A stretch of 64,000 nt of DNA from Amoebidium appalachense (lineage: Eukaryota; Protista; Ichthyosporea): positions 9,501,616 to 9,565,615 of the forward strand of contig CAVNZM010000009.1 in NCBI GenBank assembly GCA_963693365.1. The letters are read 5' to 3'. Below, in pieces: positions 1 to 12,033 of this stretch. Positions within the stretch are counted from its first letter, which is position 1. Each line of letters starts with the position of its first letter. Position numbers and translations under genes: made by a program. A model generated the notes under the pieces. The model did not search any database. It was not told the origin of the DNA and worked only from the letters and a program-made list of their open reading frames with translations.

Positions 1-546
1 TCTACTAATATATGTTAGGTAGATTTGTGTTACTTAATACGTGTTCATTGGACGGTAACACACTTAGGCTACACTTAGAATAGCATGTGTGTTTAGACTT
101 CATTAATTCACTTTAGTTTTCATGTGTTGCCGGGCTTTAACCAATCATCAAGGTTAAGTGTGATATGTCTGAGTCTTTGCAGTATGTCATAGGTTAGAAC
201 TTCCTTGATGATGACACGAGTTGATCTTAACTAGTGTCTGTGTCCTATCGTGTACGCCTCCGCGTACCGGATCTCTCTGAAAGCAATTGGTTCTTAGTGA
301 TTGGTTTCTATTAGAGATGGATCTGATTTCCGACTGGTCGGAAATCATGTATGGATTGGACTTAGAGGAATTTCAGGTATTTATTCGAAGATCAGAATAA
401 ATTCAGTTCAGTCGTGTCTAAACATTGATGTCTGTTGTGTACACTGCTCCGATCGTTCCGTGTTTTGTTGTTGTGTGTGTCTGTGGTGTTTTCACACTGC
501 ACCACTGTGTCTCTGCTTACATCCTAAATACTTATACAATTTAACA
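1..546 (+). mobile_element. 3' part of a Copia family A LTR, inserted into the YR gene of a YR element
   Basis: Matches the 925-bp LTRs at 12034-12958, 14394-15318 and 21338-22262 and ends ...AATTTAACA. It is followed directly by YR coding sequence (CTAAGACGGATG, cf. 23452). Confidence 0.93.
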
Positions 547-1618
547 CTAAGACGGATGTACAGGCCCGAGGTGTCAACGTCACTCTAGCTGCCCTGCCCC
601 TCACCCACTTCTCCCCAGCCCATCTCCTCCGGCAGTTCCTGGATACAACGTCCGGTCAACCCGACGACCCCCTCTTCAGTCTCGGTGGCATCCCCTACAC
701 CAAGAGTGCTTTCTCTGCCGACTTCCGTGCCCTCCTCTCCCGGGCAGGCCTCTCACCCTCCCGGTTTGCCGGACACAGCCTCCGCATCGGGGGGGCCACA
801 GCACTGGCTGAGGCCGGGGTCGACGACTCCCGGATCAAACAACTCGGCAGGTGGTCCTCCGACTGTTTCCTGATCTATACCCGACTTCGTCCGGCCTCCA
901 TTGCTGCCACTACCACACGTGTATTCGCCTCTATTCTTAAGTGAAACCTTTGGAGCAAGCATACTGCTCTCGTGCCGTGGTTTACAACCATTGCAGGTTC
1001 ACTTTCGTCCAAGGGGATGTCCCCCTAGAGGCAACACACGTCCCGGAATAGTTTTCATAGAGGTTTTATTTGTGGAAATTATTGACATAAATATTTTTCT
1101 GGGTAAATACGTAGGATGGGTGTCCGATATCTACAGGCTTCGTTTCATGTTTTAGCAGTTCGCGTTCGGCTGCCCGCATACGGGCACCTATTAGCCGATC
1201 AAGACATCAGATTCCACAGATCACTAGACCGAGTTTGATTGGCTCAGGATAAGATTTCACATAACACTAGATCGGTTTTGATTGGCTCAGTTCGGTAGCC
1301 GTAGGTATATAAGCACGACAGTTTTTAGCAGATCAGCAAGCAACAACACATCTTCTGTGTTTAGCACCTACAGCTTTACAGCTATATTTTCTTTTTCACC
1401 CACCCACCTACACCCTACACTCAACCCCCATTGATCCCCACATACGTGCTGTTTTTTCACGGGGCGAAGACTTCCCCCGTTTTTTGGGCACAAGGACCTC
1501 ACGGATCAATAAATTGATGACTGGGGGCCTGCCGTGGTTTACAACCATTGCAGGTTCACTTTCGTCCAAGGGGATGTCCCCCTAGAGGCAACACACGTCC
1601 CGGAGTAGTTTTCATAGA
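547..1618 (+). mobile_element. YR element copy 1, 3' half: YR C-terminus plus split direct repeats B1-A2-B2
   Basis: YR frame to TGA at 942-944 (GHSLRIGGAT, GRWSS). B1 ~973-1061, A2 ~1061-1397, B2 ~1530-1618. Near-identical to 4834-5905 (rc) and 23452-24523. Confidence 0.92.
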
Positions 1619-2265
1619 CCACACCGTTTATGGGGGGGATGGGGAATGTGCCCCTGGAGTACGAGGGTCACACGAAAAAAACACAACGTTGTAGCTCGAA
1701 TAGAACCCCCCTTGTAGCATAGTATATGTACTTGCGTTGCTTACACATTATTGGTTTTTTCAATAACTACCCACAGAACAGCTTCTAGCACGAGAAATTT
1801 ACCACACAGTGTATGGGGGGGATGGGGAATGTGCCCCTGGAGTGCGAGGGTCACACGAAAAAAACACAACGTTGTAGCTCGTATAGAACCCCCCTTGTAG
1901 CATAGTATATGTACATATGTTACTTGCACATTATTGGTTTTTTCAATAACTACCCACAGAACAGCTTCTGGCACGAGAAATTTACCACAAGGTTTATGGG
2001 GGGGATGGTGAGTGTGCCTCTGTAGTACGAGGGTCACCCGAAAAAAACACAACATTGTAGCCCGGATTGAAGCCACCTTTGTACCATATACATCATATAT
2101 CATGCAGCATGTGTTACTTTCGCGTTATTGGTTTCCTAGCACGAGATATTCAGCACACAGTTGGGGTTGTGGGGCAAGTGTACACCTACAATATCAGGGG
2201 TACCGCGTGGCAAAAACACCCCCCCAGGGGGGGGGGGGGGGGGTCACGCGTGCGATGGTGCACTA
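1619..2265 (+). repeat. Tandem ~183-bp repeats (3 units, last degenerate) ending in a GC stem and CTAGT; possible Helitron-like 3' end
   Basis: Units start at ~1619, 1801 and 1984 (ACCACA..TATGGGGGGGATGG..GTCAC(A/C)CGAAAAAAACACAAC). The region ends ...GGTGCACTAGT. Confidence 0.6.
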
Positions 2266-2769
2266 GTTATTACGTCAACTAGGCAGGGTATAGCATCAAC
2301 GTTATTATATGTGCTGCTGAGTTTCTTTGGTTGTACACCCGTCACCAGTCAATTTATTGGTGTTGGCGCACACCTATGACACCACCTCGGAAGACTGGGG
2401 TCACGTGGAGGACACGTAACTATAGTGGACCTGTGTGATCAGCCCGCTGCCCGGGCCAGATGTCGATGGGCCCGGCTGCGCCTCCGCCCAGCCTGTCGGC
2501 AGGACAGATGCGTGAGCCACGGGCCGTTCAAGCTCGGCGACCCAGCCGGGCCTGTCACATTTTCGGGAACGTTTTTTCTATTTTCAGCTTTTCTTTTGTC
2601 TCAGTTTTTTCAGTTTTTTTCTCAGCATCTTTCGAAGTGGGCGAGAAATTAGTAGAAAATGTAGCCACCCTCAGAAGAAGAGCTTGTAAAGCTGTACATG
2701 CTGTTTATAACATCAGCTGCTCAATCATGTTTGCTGTTGTTGGAAGGGTTTGTTACGGCTCTGGTAAAT

Positions 2770-3249
2770 TGTAAACAGTTGGACTAGTTAGGATAAGGCA
2801 GAGTACAACTGAATCAAAATAAAGACAGAGAACGGGTAGAAAGGCACACGCGGCCAGGTTGCTTTTACTATGGGCCGACTCAGTCTGTCTCAGACTTCAC
2901 TGATGTGATCCCCGTACTGGGACGGCTTTGTTATATAGCCCCCAGGTTTCGGATCAAGGCCCAGGATTGGTTCATCCGCGGCCAGCGCGGGTGGCAACAT
3001 GCCATTCGTGATTCTGGTGCGGTCCGAGCCAGTCAGACCTTCGTCCTATTTATGCAAACCTCTTATTGGTTCACTTCGTTTATGTGGTATGCAGCGGAAG
3101 AACCATATATGGTTCAATTCTTAGGTCAGAGTGAGTCCTATTGGTGCGGACATGATATTTATGTGATATTCATGACAAAGCACGAATCGTGTGCTAGTAG
3201 ATCACATTCTTTAGTAAACATGTACAGTTCATGTGTACAGTTGTTTACA
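2770..3249 (-). repeat. 3' LTR of the Gypsy-derived element
   Basis: Direct repeat of 9838-10317, TG...CA ends, adjacent PPT. Confidence 0.93.
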
Positions 3250-3907
3250 CTCCCCCCCTTGTCGGGAGCCTGGTGGTGTCGTTAGACAAGCAAACCACCA
3301 GGCTGAGAGGCGATAAACAACCTTCAGCGAGAATTCTTGTGTGTGCCGAGCTGCTGGACAGAACAGAGCAAGGACCGTGGAATAGAGTTGTGCACGTCTA
3401 TGAGCACTTCTTCATTTGCCAAAACACAAATTCATGCAGCATTCTTCTGTGTTTTCATTTTCGTGGCGAAGATTGTTGCAGAGTGTGCGTGCGAATTGTT
3501 CGCTTCGTCTCTGTGCTTGGCTTTTTCTGTAGAAGTAATATTTTCCTTTTTTAGGTGTTTTTCTTTTTTTAGGAAACTCCCGCAGATTCGTTTTCAATTG
3601 CGAGTAATTTGGTTGTGTGGATGAATGATCATACCAAACATTCGATAATGAATATAACTCAAGCCTTAGGTCACTTCGTAGCTCAGGTAGTGGTGGATAG
3701 CTTCAAGGCTTAGCCACTGCTCCTTATCCCGGTTCTACCTTAAGACTGTAAGGCGAGTCACCATGGCCGGAAAAGCCACTTCTTTCATGAACAAAGAGCA
3801 CTTCTTTCCTTTCAGCTTTAACCCTGCATCATCGGAGCCGGGAATAACATGAATAAGAATGCCCTAAATGTTCTTCGTTGGGCGACATAAAGAAATATAT
3901 CAGCCCG

Positions 3908-4147
3908 TCAGAACCAGTAAAAACCCGGTTCATAATTCATAAGAAGAGGGTAGGCAAAGCAAGCCTTCTTCAGAAAACACATGCTTCCATTCGTGAGCAG
4001 TTTTCGTATCCCATTTGCCAGCCATTTTCGTTGAGCAGGGGATTCCAGGCATAATACATTCTTCTGGAGGCTTGGCCTAAAAAGAAAAGTCGTCACAGTC
4101 GCCCTTTCTTTTGTAAGCAACTTCGTGAGCGCGCTTCGTGTTTTCAT
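3908..4147 (-). pseudogene. Degenerate Gypsy RT-RNase H connection remnant
   Basis: SALTKLLTKE...LKKACFAYPLLMNYEPG resembles the Gypsy consensus PLTxLLKK...LKxALTSAPVLxxYDP. Confidence 0.5.
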
Positions 4148-5507
4148 ATCCTCCAGTGCAGGTCTGGATGGTGCCCCATCCTCTGCTTCATTTGTAGGTG
4201 GCCCTACTGTTGGTTCTGTTCGTTGTGTGGAAAACCAAAACCATTCGTGTTCGTGGAACTGCTTTGTGCTGTGCTTTCTTTCGTGTTGGTGTTCATGAAG
4301 TTACCCCGTTCACACACCCTTCTTCTTACATACATTAGATGTAAGTAGCTGCCTGGTGAGTGTGTGGTTCGTGTTCGTGGCATTCTTCTGTTCCTTCGTG
4401 AGAAGAATATTCGTTTTAGCAGAGGTGCCCAATAAGGCAGCTTGTGGGGTTGTCTCCCGCATGTGCCCATTGGTGGGGTATGCACGTGCTAAATTGTTAC
4501 AGTGTCATCATATTGCAAGGGAATAACATGGTCACCTCCGTACCAGGGCCTAGTAGGTACACATGATGGTCCGATGTGTTAGTCAACAACACCTTGCATT
4601 CGTATTCGTATTCGTCTTCCACGTCACTTTCTTCAGTAGTGAAGGAGGGTATTCGTAATTCGAAACTGAAAGGCTTCCAGCCAAAATACTGACACTGTAT
4701 GCTGGGGTTGTGAGGGAACGGTGCCCATACCACATTCTTTTGTTTTCTTTATACTGGTGGGGGTGTGCCGGCAGCAATTTTAATTTGCATGCAGGTATTC
4801 CAGGCTTTACAGCATAGTTCGTATGTTATAGTATCTATGAAAACTACTCCGGGACGTGTGTTGCCTCTAGGGGGACATCCCCTTGGACGAAAGTGAACCT
4901 GCAATGGTTGTAAACCACGGCAAGCCCCCAGTCATCAATTTATTGATCCGTGAGGTCCTTGTGCCCAAAAAATGGGGGAAGTCTTCGCCCCGTGAAAAAA
5001 CAGCACGTATGTGGGGATCAATGGGGGTTGAGTGTAGGGTGTAGGTGGGTGGGTGAAAAAGAAAATATAGCTGTAAAGCTGTAGGTGCTAAACACAGAGG
5101 ATGTGTTGTTGCTTGCTGATCTGCTAAAGACTGTCGTGCTTATATACCTAAGGCTGCCGAACTGAGCCAATCAAAACCGATCTAGTGTTATGTGAAATCT
5201 TATCCTGAGCCAATCAAACTCGGTCTAGTGATCTGTGGAATCTGATGTTTTGATCGGCTAATAGGTGCCCGTATGCGGGCAGCCGAACGCGAACTGCTAA
5301 AACATGAAACGAAGCCTGTTGATATCGGACACCCATCCTACGTGTTTACCCAGAAAAATATTTATGTCAATAATTTCCACAAATAAAACCTCTATGAAAA
5401 CTACTCCGGGACGTGTGTTGCCTCTAGGGGGACATCCCCTTGGACGAAAGTGAACCTGCAATGGTTGTAAACCACGGCACGAGAGCAGTATGCTTGCTCC
5501 AAAGGTT

Positions 5508-6538
5508 TCACTTAAGAATAGAGGCGAATACACGTGTGGTAGTGGCAGCAATGGAGGCCGGACGAAGTCGGGTATAGAGCAGGAAACAGTCGGAGGACCA
5601 CCTGCCGAGTTGTTTGATCCGGGAGTCGTCGACCCCGGCCTCAGCCAGTGCTGTGGCCCCCCCGATGCGGAGGCTGTGTCCGGCAAACCGGGAGGGTGAG
5701 AGGCCTGCCCGGGAGAGGAGGGCACGGAAGTCGGCAGAGAAAGCACTCTTGGTGTAGGGGATGCCACCGAGACTGAAGAGGGGGTCGTGGGGTTGACCGG
5801 ACGTTGTATCCAGGAACTGCCGGAGGAGATGGGCTGGGGAGAAGTGGGTGAGGGGCAGGGCAGCTAGAGTGACGTTGACACCTCGGGCCTGTACATCCGT
5901 CTTAGAGGTTGGCAGGTGGAGGGTGGTATGGGACAAAGTACCGGTGGGGGTGTAGGTGAAGGTCACGTCTTTCCGTTTAACGTGACGGGACGGGTCAAAG
6001 GAAGTCAGGGTTTTGGAGGTAAATTCCCCCGAACGGAGGAGACCACAGAAACCGACGATGAGGGCCGTCCATAGCCGGAGATTGGCCGAGGAGGCCTTGG
6101 TGGGGCACTGGCCATGGAGTAGGCTAAGGTGGGAGGGCAGGAGGGGCTCCCTGGTGGATGATCGGGGTCGGATGTTGTGAGAAAGCTGCCATCTGCCCAC
6201 CCCTCGGAAGAACCAGGCCAGAGACTTGTCGTGGGGGTAGGGAGCAGGGAGGCCCATGTCGAGGTGGAGTCTGGTGATGGCTGAATTGTAGCCGGCCAAG
6301 GAAGAGGCCTGTACCCCTCGTTGGGCACACCAGGCGAGAAAAAGCTGCACGGTGTGGGGGGAGGCCGGGAGGGAGGACCCGGCGGAGGATTGCAGCCGAG
6401 ATGCCACACAAAATCGATGAACACTTTTTGTACCCTGGAGTAAAAGGCCCGAGAGTCGAGGTTGAGACTCAGGGCCTGGCATTCCTGCAGGGTAGTGGTG
6501 GCACGAAGCAGCTCGGCCGGAGCAAAGTGGGGGGCCAA
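5508..6538 (-). CDS. Tyrosine recombinase (DIRS/Ngaro type), with a probable 1-nt frameshift near 6411
   Basis: Catalytic R (LLRSGEF), K (SKTD), HxxR (GHSLRIGGAT), GRW and Y (LLYTR). The N-terminal DSRAFYSRVQKVFIDF lies in the 6005..6538 frame and joins FCVASRL.. if one T is added to the run at 6410-6413. Confidence 0.92.
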
Positions 6539-6570
6539 TCGGCCAGCGTTGCTCCGGAAGGGGGAGATCT

Positions 6571-6601
<31 letters not shown>

Positions 6602-7275
6602 GAGCCCAGGGGAAGGGATAGGAACTTGTGGACCCAGAAGGGGAAGGGGCAGGGCTCCGGTTGCAGGTAAGGTCGGAGTCGTCGGGTCCGGGGAAGTTGG
6701 TTACGGAGGAGCTGCGCGGCGAATGATTGGGCTGGGTAGGGGGGCCAGCAGCTCCCGGAGGCGGGAGGTGTCAACGTGGTGCTGGGGCAGCGGGCGGGCC
6801 ACCGGGGCTGAGCCTCGGGGGAAGGGGTGGTTAGCAAGGGTGGGGCACCCTCGGTTAGATCCCGGCATCGGGGGGGGGGGGGGGGGGGGGGGGCAGGGCC
6901 CCGGGGGGTTAGAGTAGGGCAGCTGGGCCCGAGGGAGGGTTTGCAGGGAGGGCAGCGGGGCCCTGTGCAGGGGATGCCCGAGCACGCGCGGGTGTGGGCG
7001 TACACAGAGTTAGAAGAAGGGAGGGAGCGCTAGGTGAGTGTAAGGGGGGGGGGGGCTCGTGGGATGGGGGGGGAGTAAATTTATGTGCAGTGGCCAGAAT
7101 AACGTCTTTGTGTAGGGACATTTATTCTTGGCGCGCGCGGGCGCCGTAGTTGGCCTGCGAAAAAATGTTACTCAGCCCTAGTGCCCCGTTTTTTCCCGAG
7201 CTCCGTGTCCTTGGACCCGTGTAACCTAGCTCCTAGCCCCTATGTTCTATCTGTGGGTGTGGGTGTGCGCGTAGA

Positions 7276-8436
7276 CTAGGCATTGTGCTTGCAGTCTTTG
7301 CGGGGGTGTGTGCCAGAGCAGAGCGGGCACACGTGGGAGAAGGGGCAGGGCTGCTTAGCGCAGGACCGACCGTTGTGAAAATTCCTGCAGTGTGTTGCGG
7401 GTAGATCCACGGGTCGGGCCGGTAGTGCCGGGCAGGGTTGCGGGTCGGGTCGGTTGGGGGTTTGTCCCCCGCCGGGCTTGTGGGGGGGCTCGAAACCATC
7501 AAGACCACAGCCGGGCTTGGGGTACATGGGGCAGGCCGCGCTGGGGTGGTCGGGGAAGCCGCAACGCTGACATGCGTCCGGGATGAGCAGAGTGGGTGGC
7601 AGGAGGAGATCCTGGTGGAGTTGGGCGAGCAGGTTGGGACACTCGATCGGAGCCCGACCCTGTTGGTGGGCAACGGTTCGGGCGTATACGTCATAGTTGT
7701 GGATCTGGGCCCACGGGTATCGGGTGCTGAGGCGAGTGATGTGCTGAGTCCAAAGTACTTCTTTGTCCGTGGGGAGGCCGAGGTGGTGCTTGGCGGCCAT
7801 GTAATGGGTCCAAGCTTGGATCCAAATGACGAGTGAACGCAAGGGAACGGGTTTGTCTTGGCGAAAAGTCTCGATGCTGCCGTCGTCGGCCATGCGCAGA
7901 TGCTGACCTTTCTTGGATGGGGCCAGGAGGGCGGCGGGGGTGAACTTATACAGATCGATGAAACGATTGGCACGCAAATCTGCCAGCACATCCGCGGGGG
8001 GAAGCGGGAGTGTGCCCGGCTGAATGTCGCCAGTGTTCTCACCTGTAATGGGGGGCACGGGCAGGGCAGGTAGATCCAGGTCAGGGCCGAGATGCAGCCC
8101 CAGGGAAACCTCCCCGGGTGCGGAGGGCGCGGCGGGGGGCGCGGGAGGGTCGCGGTTGGTGAGAGCGGCCAGGACGCCAGCCATCTGGGTGCTGAGGGCG
8201 GTGAGGGCGGCAAGGACGGCGTCCTGAGAAGTCATCGGCGGGGACGGTGGGGCCTGAGGAGGGACTTCAGGAGTAGAGGGGAGAGTAGCCGGAGGGTCCG
8301 TGGTGGTATGGGCCGCTGGAGGCGCGTCAGTGCCCGCGGGAGCGTTGGTCAGCCTGTGGCGGAGGTCGCTGCGGGTCAGGCGCTTAGGTGCCGCGGTAGG
8401 GGCGGCGGCTGAGGCCTGGCGCTTTTTCGGCGGCAT
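7276..8436 (-). CDS. Gag-like ORF1 of the YR element (386 aa)
   Basis: First ORF after repeat A. Contains WIQAWTHY, YPWAQIHNYD, a CQRCGFPDHPSAAC knuckle and a C-terminal CRNFH..C...C..HVC..C..H...C zinc finger typical of Ngaro ORF1. Confidence 0.85.
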   Translation of the reverse strand: MPPKKRQASAAAPTAAPKRLTRSDLRHRLTNAPAGTDAPPAAHTTTDPPATLPSTPEVPPQAPPSPPMTSQDAVLAALTALSTQMAGVLAALTNRDPPAPPAAPSAPGEVSLGLHLGPDLDLPALPVPPITGENTGDIQPGTLPLPPADVLADLRANRFIDLYKFTPAALLAPSKKGQHLRMADDGSIETFRQDKPVPLRSLVIWIQAWTHYMAAKHHLGLPTDKEVLWTQHITRLSTRYPWAQIHNYDVYARTVAHQQGRAPIECPNLLAQLHQDLLLPPTLLIPDACQRCGFPDHPSAACPMYPKPGCGLDGFEPPHKPGGGQTPNRPDPQPCPALPARPVDLPATHCRNFHNGRSCAKQPCPFSHVCPLCSGTHPRKDCKHNA

Positions 8437-9837
8437 GCTGACCGGCGTAGGGAAAGATAGGGAGAAGAAAAGAAAAAGAAAATATAGCTGTAAAGCTGTA
8501 GGTGCTAAACACAGAGGATGTGTTGTTGCTTGCTGATCTGCTAAAGACTGTCGTGCTTATATATCTAAGGCTGCCGAACTGAGCCAATCAAAACCGATCT
8601 AGTGTTATGTGAAATCTTATCCTGAGCCAATCAAACTCGGTCTAGTGATCTGTGGAATCTGATGTTTTGATCGGCTAATAGGTGCCCGTATGCGGGCAGC
8701 CGAACGCGAACTGCTAAAACATGAAACGAAGCCTGTTGATATCGGACACCCATCCTACGTGTTTACCCAGAAAAATATTTATGTCAATAATTTCCACAAA
8801 TAAAACCTTTGTACAGTATTGCCACACACTGGCAGTTACCTGTAAATTCGTACCCCACAGCTTCGTTTGTTTCGCATGCACGAACAAAAGTTCTGCATCG
8901 ACTTTATTACATGCCTTCTGTGCACCAAGAGTGCAAATTCGTTGTTGCATGGCACCAGGAAGGGCCATACATGAGCCATATGTTCGTAATGTGTTTAGGC
9001 ATGCCAGCATACATTCATGCGCATGTTGTGCATCCTGTGCGCTAAACTATGGGGCATGCTGTATTCGACAACAGCAAGAAATTCGAAGCATGCATGCAAA
9101 ACTACTTTCACAGCACCTTATGTCCTACATGCTATAGGAACAGCGACTATCTTCTTCCTTAAATGCATTCGTGCTGAAAGTGGCCGTGCATCTGGGTTGC
9201 GAGTGTGGACGTGCACGTGGTGGCATGGACACGATGACAGTGTGCAATAGCGCAATGCACGCAAGGGCAACGGTTTTCTTTTCTTCGTAACATAGAGGGG
9301 GCCGTGTGCATTGCAACCTAAGCAGTGTTGTGCATTCGTTCTTTTCATTTTCGTGTTTCCATTTCATTTTGCTTTCGTTTTTCGTTTTTCGTCGTTTCAT
9401 AACTTTGTTAAGGCTTCGTTTTATTTTCGTGTTGCGTTTATTTCGTATTTCCTCTAGGCATTCGTTGGTCGTTAATTCGTTATTTCGTTGTGTATTCGTG
9501 ATGGTTCGTTTTTCGTTGGTTCATTGCTTCGTTAGTAATTCTTTAATCGTTTGTTCGTGTATTCGTTTTTCTTCGCGTTTTTTATGTGTCGTAGTATAAG
9601 GTGGTTTTCATGCTTTCAATTCTTTCCGTGTTCTTAGAGGTGGGCTGGCCACTTCAAACTTGTCGATGTGTATGTATTCTAAGCCTGACAAAGAAAGATG
9701 TGCCTATCATCGTGGTAAAAAGGATTGAGATCGGCCATGGCAGATTCTTGGGGTAATTGAAAGATGTGAGATTCTTGAACTGATTGAAAGATGTGAGATT
9801 CGAAGGATGCGAGATTCTTGAACTGCGCTGTCGCCAA

Positions 9838-10317
9838 TGTAAACAGTTGGACTAGTTAGGATAAGGCAGAGTACAACTGAATCAAAATAAAGACAGAGAA
9901 CGGGTAGAAAGGCACACGCGGCCAGGTTGCTTTTACTATGGGCCGACTCAGTCTGTCTCAGACTTCACTGATGTGATCCCCGTACTGGGACGGCTTTGTT
10001 ATATAGCCCCCGGGTTTCGGATCAAGGCCCAGGATTGGTTCATCCGCGGCCAGCGCGGGTGGCAACATGCCATTCGTGATTCTGGTGCGGTCCGAGCCAG
10101 TCAGACCTTTGTCCTATTTATGCAAACCTCTTATTGGTTCACTTCGTTTATGTGGTATGCAGCGGAAGAACCATATATGGTTCAATTCTTAGGTCAGAGT
10201 GAGTCCTATTGGTGCGGACATAATATTTATGTGATATTCATGACAAAGCACGAATCGTGTGCTAGTAGATCACATTCTTTAGTAAACATGTACAGTTCAT
10301 GTGTACAGTTGTTTACA
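9838..10317 (-). repeat. 5' LTR of the Gypsy-derived element
   Basis: Direct repeat of 2770-3249, adjacent PBS. Confidence 0.93.
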
Positions 10318-10435
10318 TAAATGCCGGCTATAACATGGCTTTACAGAACTCTCAGGCCTTGGTTTCCATAGCTAGGGCCGCTTGGGTGTCTGAAGAGTTT
10401 GGTGGGACTGTGGTTTTTGACGGGTTTGAGGTTCC

Positions 10436-10577
10436 CACATCACTCGCCTCAGCACCCGATACCCGTGGGCCCAGATCCACAACTATGACGTATACGCCCG
10501 AACCGTTGCCCACCAGCAGGGTCGGGCTCCGATCGAGTGTCCCAACCTGCTCGCCCAACTCCACCAGGATCTCCTCC
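10436..10577 (+). mobile_element. Isolated ~142-bp fragment of the YR-element gag
   Basis: Reverse-complement match to ~7602-7743 with one visible substitution. Confidence 0.9.
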
Positions 10578-11018
10578 ATGCCCACCAACACAGATGTTCC
10601 AGGTTGCCCCTGTCAATGCCGCCGACCCCGACAAGTTGGCAGACCAGGTTAGGTACCGCAAGAAGACGTGGGAGGGGTGGTTGGTGGAGGTTCAAGTTGA
10701 GTGCAACAACCATCCCTGTGGCCGCATGTACAGCCTCGATCCGGTGAGGGGCAACCCATGGGGCAACCCCGCCCTTCACCGCATCATGTGCATGTCCCCC
10801 ATCAACGGCTCCTACATCAAGAACCGCCTCAGCAGCTTCAAGACACTAAACGTTTGTGCCCATCCCTCCCCCCCCCCCCCCCCACACACACACACACACA
10901 CACACCACACCCCAATCAAAGACGAAATCTTCTCATGCTGCTTTTTTTAACATGCTTATTCATGTTTAATGTTGTTGTTCTTCCTTATTGGTTCATTCTT
11001 AATGCACTGTGACCCCCC

Positions 11019-11049
<31 letters not shown>

Positions 11050-11540
11050 ACTCACTCCCACTCCCTCCCTCCCACCTCCCCCTGTTTTCCCACGTACGAA
11101 TCACCAACACATAACCACACAAGACATCAAATCCTTATCACTCAGAGAAACGGTACATGCATGGTTATCCAGTATCCATTCAGCTTCCCACTTCAGTTCC
11201 TCAAGTCATTTCAGATTTTTCATTGTCGAATTCGGTTTTATTTGCTGCCAATGGAGAATACCCCTTTTCCTCATCACCACATACACACATGCTTACGTGT
11301 ACATACACGCAACACACACACAAACACCCACACAGGAGTTTCAAAAGGCGTTGCCCGAGCTCTTCAGCTTCATGCTCCACACATTTGAGTGCGGACGCGG
11401 GATCCAATGGCCCACAAGTCTGCCACTCAGATTTCGTGGTCAGCTGTGAAGTATGGAGCTGACATGCCTGACTACGAGGGTGGTGCTCGGCCATCAGAGA
11501 TCAGCAAGGTAAACAACTACCCCCCCCCCCCCCCCCTGCG

Positions 11541-11685
11541 TCCTCCCTGAGGATGGGCTCTGCTTATGACGCATACTGTGCACATGGCTGATGTTGCGTG
11601 CTTGAATGTTTGCCTTTGCATGTGTCCTGCACCATGCTTCTCATCGTGTATGCGTATTTCGTACCGTGTTCTGCATTCAAACCCC
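11541..11685 (-). repeat. Dispersed ~170-bp repeat copy
   Basis: Reverse complement of 49205-49335 and 27330-27480. Confidence 0.75.
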
Positions 11686-12033
11686 CCCCCCCCCCCCATC
11701 ATTGTGTTTTAGCTCCCGTCCGAAAGACAACGTATGGATATCGAAATGATGATCTTGATAAGTCTTATGTATGGGTTACGTATCATCGTAGTGTTTTAGG
11801 ATATCTCCTAAGCATGGGCAAGTATCATCCTATCATGTCATCTTTAGGTTTGGTATGGTAACATTGTGATAGCATTTTTCCCAGGTACATACATGCTCAG
11901 GCTAGCCAGAAAAGTTAAAAACACTCACACAATCTCCTTCTGTCCCAACCCAGTATGCAAAGACCTGGGAAAAGATCTGCAAGGTCCGGGAGAAGGCAGT
12001 CCTCAGCCTGTCAGCTGATGAGCAAGACGAGAA

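Larger units (their letters stand above)
4834..8808 (-). mobile_element. YR element copy 2 (Ngaro/PAT-like, A1-gag-YR-B1-A2-B2), lacking RT/RNase H
   Basis: A1 ~8471-8808, B1 ~5391-5479, A2 ~5055-5391, B2 ~4834-4922. Carries gag and YR ORFs. No TSD, only a shared A at each junction. Confidence 0.92.
2770..10317 (-). mobile_element. Non-autonomous Ty3/Gypsy-derived LTR retrotransposon (LARD-like) containing nested YR copy 2
   Basis: 480-bp LTRs at 2770-3249 and 9838-10317 (TGTAAACA...TGTTTACA, 3 mismatches seen), TSD TAAAT, PBS TGGCGACAGCG.. at 9826-9836 (rc), PPT AGGGGGGGAG at 3250-3260 (rc). Only pol remnants remain inside. Confidence 0.92.

Noticed and set aside
301-588. Recurrent ORFs MVSIRD..., MCTRIHP... 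and MIPVLGR...
   Set aside because: They recur only because they lie within LTR copies; they are short, mostly start at non-ATG codons and have no motifs.
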